64,000 bases of DNA. It comes from Phoronis australis. Its lineage: Eukaryota > Animalia > Phoronida. The stretch is taken from the NCBI GenBank assembly GCA_002633005.1, contig NMRA01000049.1:573189-637188 (forward strand), given 5' to 3'. A model generated the notes under the pieces. It made no database searches, was not told the origin of the DNA, and worked only from the letters and a program-made list of their open reading frames with translations. Positions 60,040-64,000 of the stretch are shown in pieces. How positions within the stretch are numbered: the stretch's first letter is position 1; every line of letters begins with the position of its first letter. Position numbers and translations under genes: made by a program.

Positions 60040-61015
60040 TTCTTAAAGCTCGTTTCTGAAAGAGTTGGAATATGCTGACATTTTTAAGTCTCCATATTGT
60101 GATAACAATATTAAATGAGTGTCGATCAAGGAGTAGTAAATCGTTGTCAGCATCCATAAAGCTAAATATTTCCTGAGTGTGCTGAGTACGGCACAGGTTT
60201 TTGTTATTTTTGTTCCGACCAGGTGCATATGCTCTGACCAGGAGAAAACGGAGTCGTCAAATATTATTCCTAAAAACTGTAAAATGTTTCAACGAAAGTT
60301 AGGTTTTTACTGTTTAAAGAAGGCTTAGGTACTCATGGAAGTGGAATACCGTGTCGTTGTTGGTTGGTTTTGTAGACGAAGTTGTGTATGCAAGTAAGGT
60401 GTTGTCAGCGTACATGAGGCTCTCAAGAGAAGCGGATTTGTGAGGTTGTTAAATGAGGGGACTAAGAATAGATCCTTGGGGTATACCTGTGATGATAACT
60501 GATTTCTTAGGAAGGTGTGTTGTCACATGAACCATATTGCTGTCGATTGGTTAACTACACTTTGACGAATAAAAGCTTGACTCTAGTTTTACCGTAAAAT
60601 GAAAATTTGTCTTCGGATACTGTTGCAACTTATGTAGATCTTAATTTTTGAAAACCAAAGTTGTGTTCATAGAAGAGATTGTTTTTAGTGACGTCATCAT
60701 AAACCTGTCGTATGCATTTTCTCAAATAAAATTGAGAAGGCCGGAAGTAGAGTGATAGGCCTCCAGTTCTTTTTACTGACCTCATCTAAGTCATTTAATT
60801 TGTGTATAAGCACAAGTTTGTTAATTTTCAAGTCAGTTGGAAAATTACCTCTGTTAAAACGTTGATTGATGATGGTAGTGAGAGGGTTTATGATGACCTC
60901 AGTAATCAATTTCATAAGTGTGGTGGAAATGTTGTCAAATCCTGTGATAGGTTTCGATTTGATCTTGCCCAGGGCCATTGAAACATTGTTTGGATTTACA
61001 GCTTGAAATCTGAAA
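60040..61015 (-). mobile_element. Decayed LINE (CR1/L2-like) reverse transcriptase
   Basis: GFDNIS...NWRPITLLPAFSILFEK, ITGIPQGSILSP (~60460-60495), LMYADN (~60401-60418), FLGIIFD; frameshifted. Confidence 0.88.
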
Positions 61016-64000
61016 TTTGGTTTGCGTTGAATTGGATACGATTTTATTCAACGAGGTGTTCAATTATTTAGTCTCACAATCATGACGCCAGAAACAATGT
61101 TTTGTCACAGACGCCATTTATTGGGAGAATATTAAATCCCCTGAACGCCCTCTCACTGGCATAGGCTCGCATACAAATCGTTTGCCATATGTGTCGATTT
61201 CCAGTCTAGAGCTGACACACCGTTCTAAAAATCTCTACTCTGAGATGGGCATGCCTTCTTTTCGGAGACCGCAAAAAACAAAACCTTTAAAAAGGTTCGA
61301 ATCAATAAACTGATACATTTTACACATCATTAGATACACGAAAAACGGGAACACAAATGCATACATATCAATTCTAGGAACTCTAGAGATGATCTCACAA
61401 TCTTCAATGCAAAATAGTGAAAAAAAGTTTCCATCAGATATTAGTAATTACATTTTACTAACTAATTCACTGCCGCCTAATAAAAACAAGCTACAGAAAT
61501 GAATTGTTTAATGAATGCTACACCTGGGAAATCAACAAAGCATCTGCACGCCAGGTCTTTGTGATATCATTAATGTACTGTATTTTTATTACAAATGAGC
61601 GCATTTACATAACACGGAACGCCAACATGTTCTTTTGAGAACGCCTGGATTGCTTTCGTTCAATTCGAGTGCAATCCAATCGTCGCTGTAGTCCCTCGTC
61701 TGTCTGAGGAGAGCCTGTGCACGCCTGTAGTCTCCGCAGACTATGTATTGGCTATCATTGCTGTAGAGTGCATGCGTGAATCCGGAGCTCGCTGATAGAA
61801 TACCCTGAGATTATAGACCAATGAATGCTTTCACACCAATCGAGGGTGTTCTTTTTTATGTGAAAATCAAACGGCTAAAAATAGCACCTCCAAATCAAAA
61901 ATAGCAAGAAACCGATTTCTCGAAATCAGTCATGTAATTCCAAATAAACCAAAAAGGGATTACTTCACTTTCACTCAATTTCAAGTCTTAAATGACCATC
62001 TGGTTCGCAAGTAATCCGTTACCTATTGTCTTAGATCATTCGCGTTATGGTAGCTTCAATAGCAGGATTATGCAATTATTCTTTTTAATTGCCTGCCGTC
62101 ACTCAGTTTGGTGCCATGCATTGAGACGTAATTTAGTTCACAGGATAGTTCCGACAAGTGCAGTTGCCGTTTTGCCGCGTCATCAGGTCCATGGGCGTCT
62201 GTGCAGAGCTACACTTGATTTGATAATCTTAGGTGCATGCGTCAATATGCGAACCACTTGGGTGAAAAGGTCGCGAAAACAGGCATTATTTCGGATGTAC
62301 TCTTAGCCTAAAAATGAAGTGGACCACAATGCACCAGCTTGACCCACTTCATATGTTGGCTCCGCCCGTAACCTGGTTGCACTCCTTTGTGGAAATTGCC
62401 TTGATTAATTAAACGTTTTTATGATAATTAAGTTAATTACGCACTGCAAATTCAAATGACATTGCGCATCAATGTTGAAATAATGAACGCGGCTAAGGGG
62501 TGTATAGTTTATATTGACCAAAAACTAATTTTCATCGAACAATTAACCGAAGACCTTGAGACTTTCACCTCCCACTTCTTACTCGGCTTTGTCTCGGCTT
62601 CCACAAATCGACTTAAATTTGAAACGAGTTTTCTAAAACTGCTGGATGGATTTCGCTGAAACTTTTAAAACTTTTAAGATATTAAAATATCTATTCATCA
62701 AACGCTCTTAGGATTTTATATAAAGGCCCAGTTTTTGCGTAATATAACAAAGACAAAAACAACTCGTGTTTTTTTACAAAAATACCTTACGTTTCGGGAG
62801 TTGATTTGTCATTGAAACCAAACGAAAAGACTGATCGAAAATTTCTATCAGCGTTTTTGAGGTAACTGGTGAAAGTTTCATGAAAATTGATCGAGGGGTT
62901 ATTTTGATATGAATGTACCTTTCTTAAAATGAAATGTTGACTTGAAAAGATATTAACGCAAAGGTAACAGCGGTACGTCAATATGAAACATATTTTGATA
63001 TTTTTTAATCTTTTTCTTTCAGCAAATACAAACTTTTACTAGTTGACAAAGCCTAGTTTTTTGATACACGTGTTAGAATAGAGGTCACTAAATAAGGTTT
63101 GAGATAACCTTAACACGACCTCTAAGAGCAGAGTTTACATTATCCAACCAGTACACGGCTTTCCACAAATGTTCAGTTCGTACCTGCAACAGTCTAGTAA
63201 ACGACAGGTGACGCGCACCATATTGGATCGCCTGGAGAGACCGAAGTCTACGCTTCTGTGATTGAACAGCTGTGAATGATAATGGTTCAAAAACAAAACA
63301 AAAATACTCTAGCTAAGTTGCTAAATTCAATGTTTGGGTCCTTGTAGCCTGATAGAACATGAAGGTCTTTAGTGCTGTTCGGATGGCAACCCTACAATCT
63401 CCATGAGAACCACACAGGCAGGATCCTGTCTAGACCTTCCGAAACGGACGCCAAACCATTCGAGTCATTGCTCTTAATGGTTAAAAAGCAAACATATTTT
63501 GGTTATTAAAACGCGCATTTTTATGTTACGTGAGTAACACAACGTGCACTCATTTAACAAGTTATACACTGCAGATGTGTATTCTATTGCTTTGAAAATA
63601 CGTGCATGCGCGTGTTAAACATACGTTCTGGCTTAAACGTCAAGTGGAATCTTTGCAAAATAAACCGAGGTAACGAAATGAAAACAACAAATGTTGAATC
63701 GGGTANNNNNNNNNNNNNNNNNNCCCCCCCCCCCCTAAATCCCCCTATGTCTAGAGAGCCATAAATGGTCTTACTGGTTATATTTCACCTTTTTTCTTTA
63801 GCTATCAACGACGAATCAAATCGAGTGCCATCTTGTAATCTCAGGTTTTGACCTTATGACGTCATGTAGTGACCCGAATGCTATCCAATCTGCCAACTGA
63901 ACGCTTCATTTCACGAGTTCACAAAAATGCAAATGGCGGAGTGACAAGCGAAATAGTAAGTAAGAAGCCTAATCTTCGAGTGAATAAGTTCTTTCGAAGG

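Overview
Eukaryotic (invertebrate metazoan-like, AT-rich) draft-assembly DNA. About 1-43 kb holds a + strand multi-exon anoctamin/TMEM16 gene. It was reconstructed by hand from GT-AG sites with consistent phases, giving ~870 codons in the window; the 5' end probably lies upstream. Its Ca2+-binding residues are intact and it has a scramblase-type Gln in TM5. The standout is a cassette of FIVE tandem, paralogous 55-64 nt exons (26755-32730), all phase 2->0 and invisible to the ORF track. Each encodes a different version of the extracellular TM5-TM6 pore-vestibule loop, and the reading frame forces one-of-five mutually exclusive splicing. The introns between them carry complementary segments and TGCATG motifs that suggest an RNA-structure selection mechanism. 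The gene also has a probable second mutually exclusive exon pair and a 12-nt microexon near the N-terminus, plus duplicated in-frame donors after TM4. Two near-identical gap-flanked duplications are probably haplotype artefacts. 45-64 kb holds a candidate small convergent two-exon gene whose intron is packed with transposon relics (Helitron-like, Kolobok/THAP, nested MITE and solo LTR), followed by a tRNA-derived SINE array and a decayed LINE.
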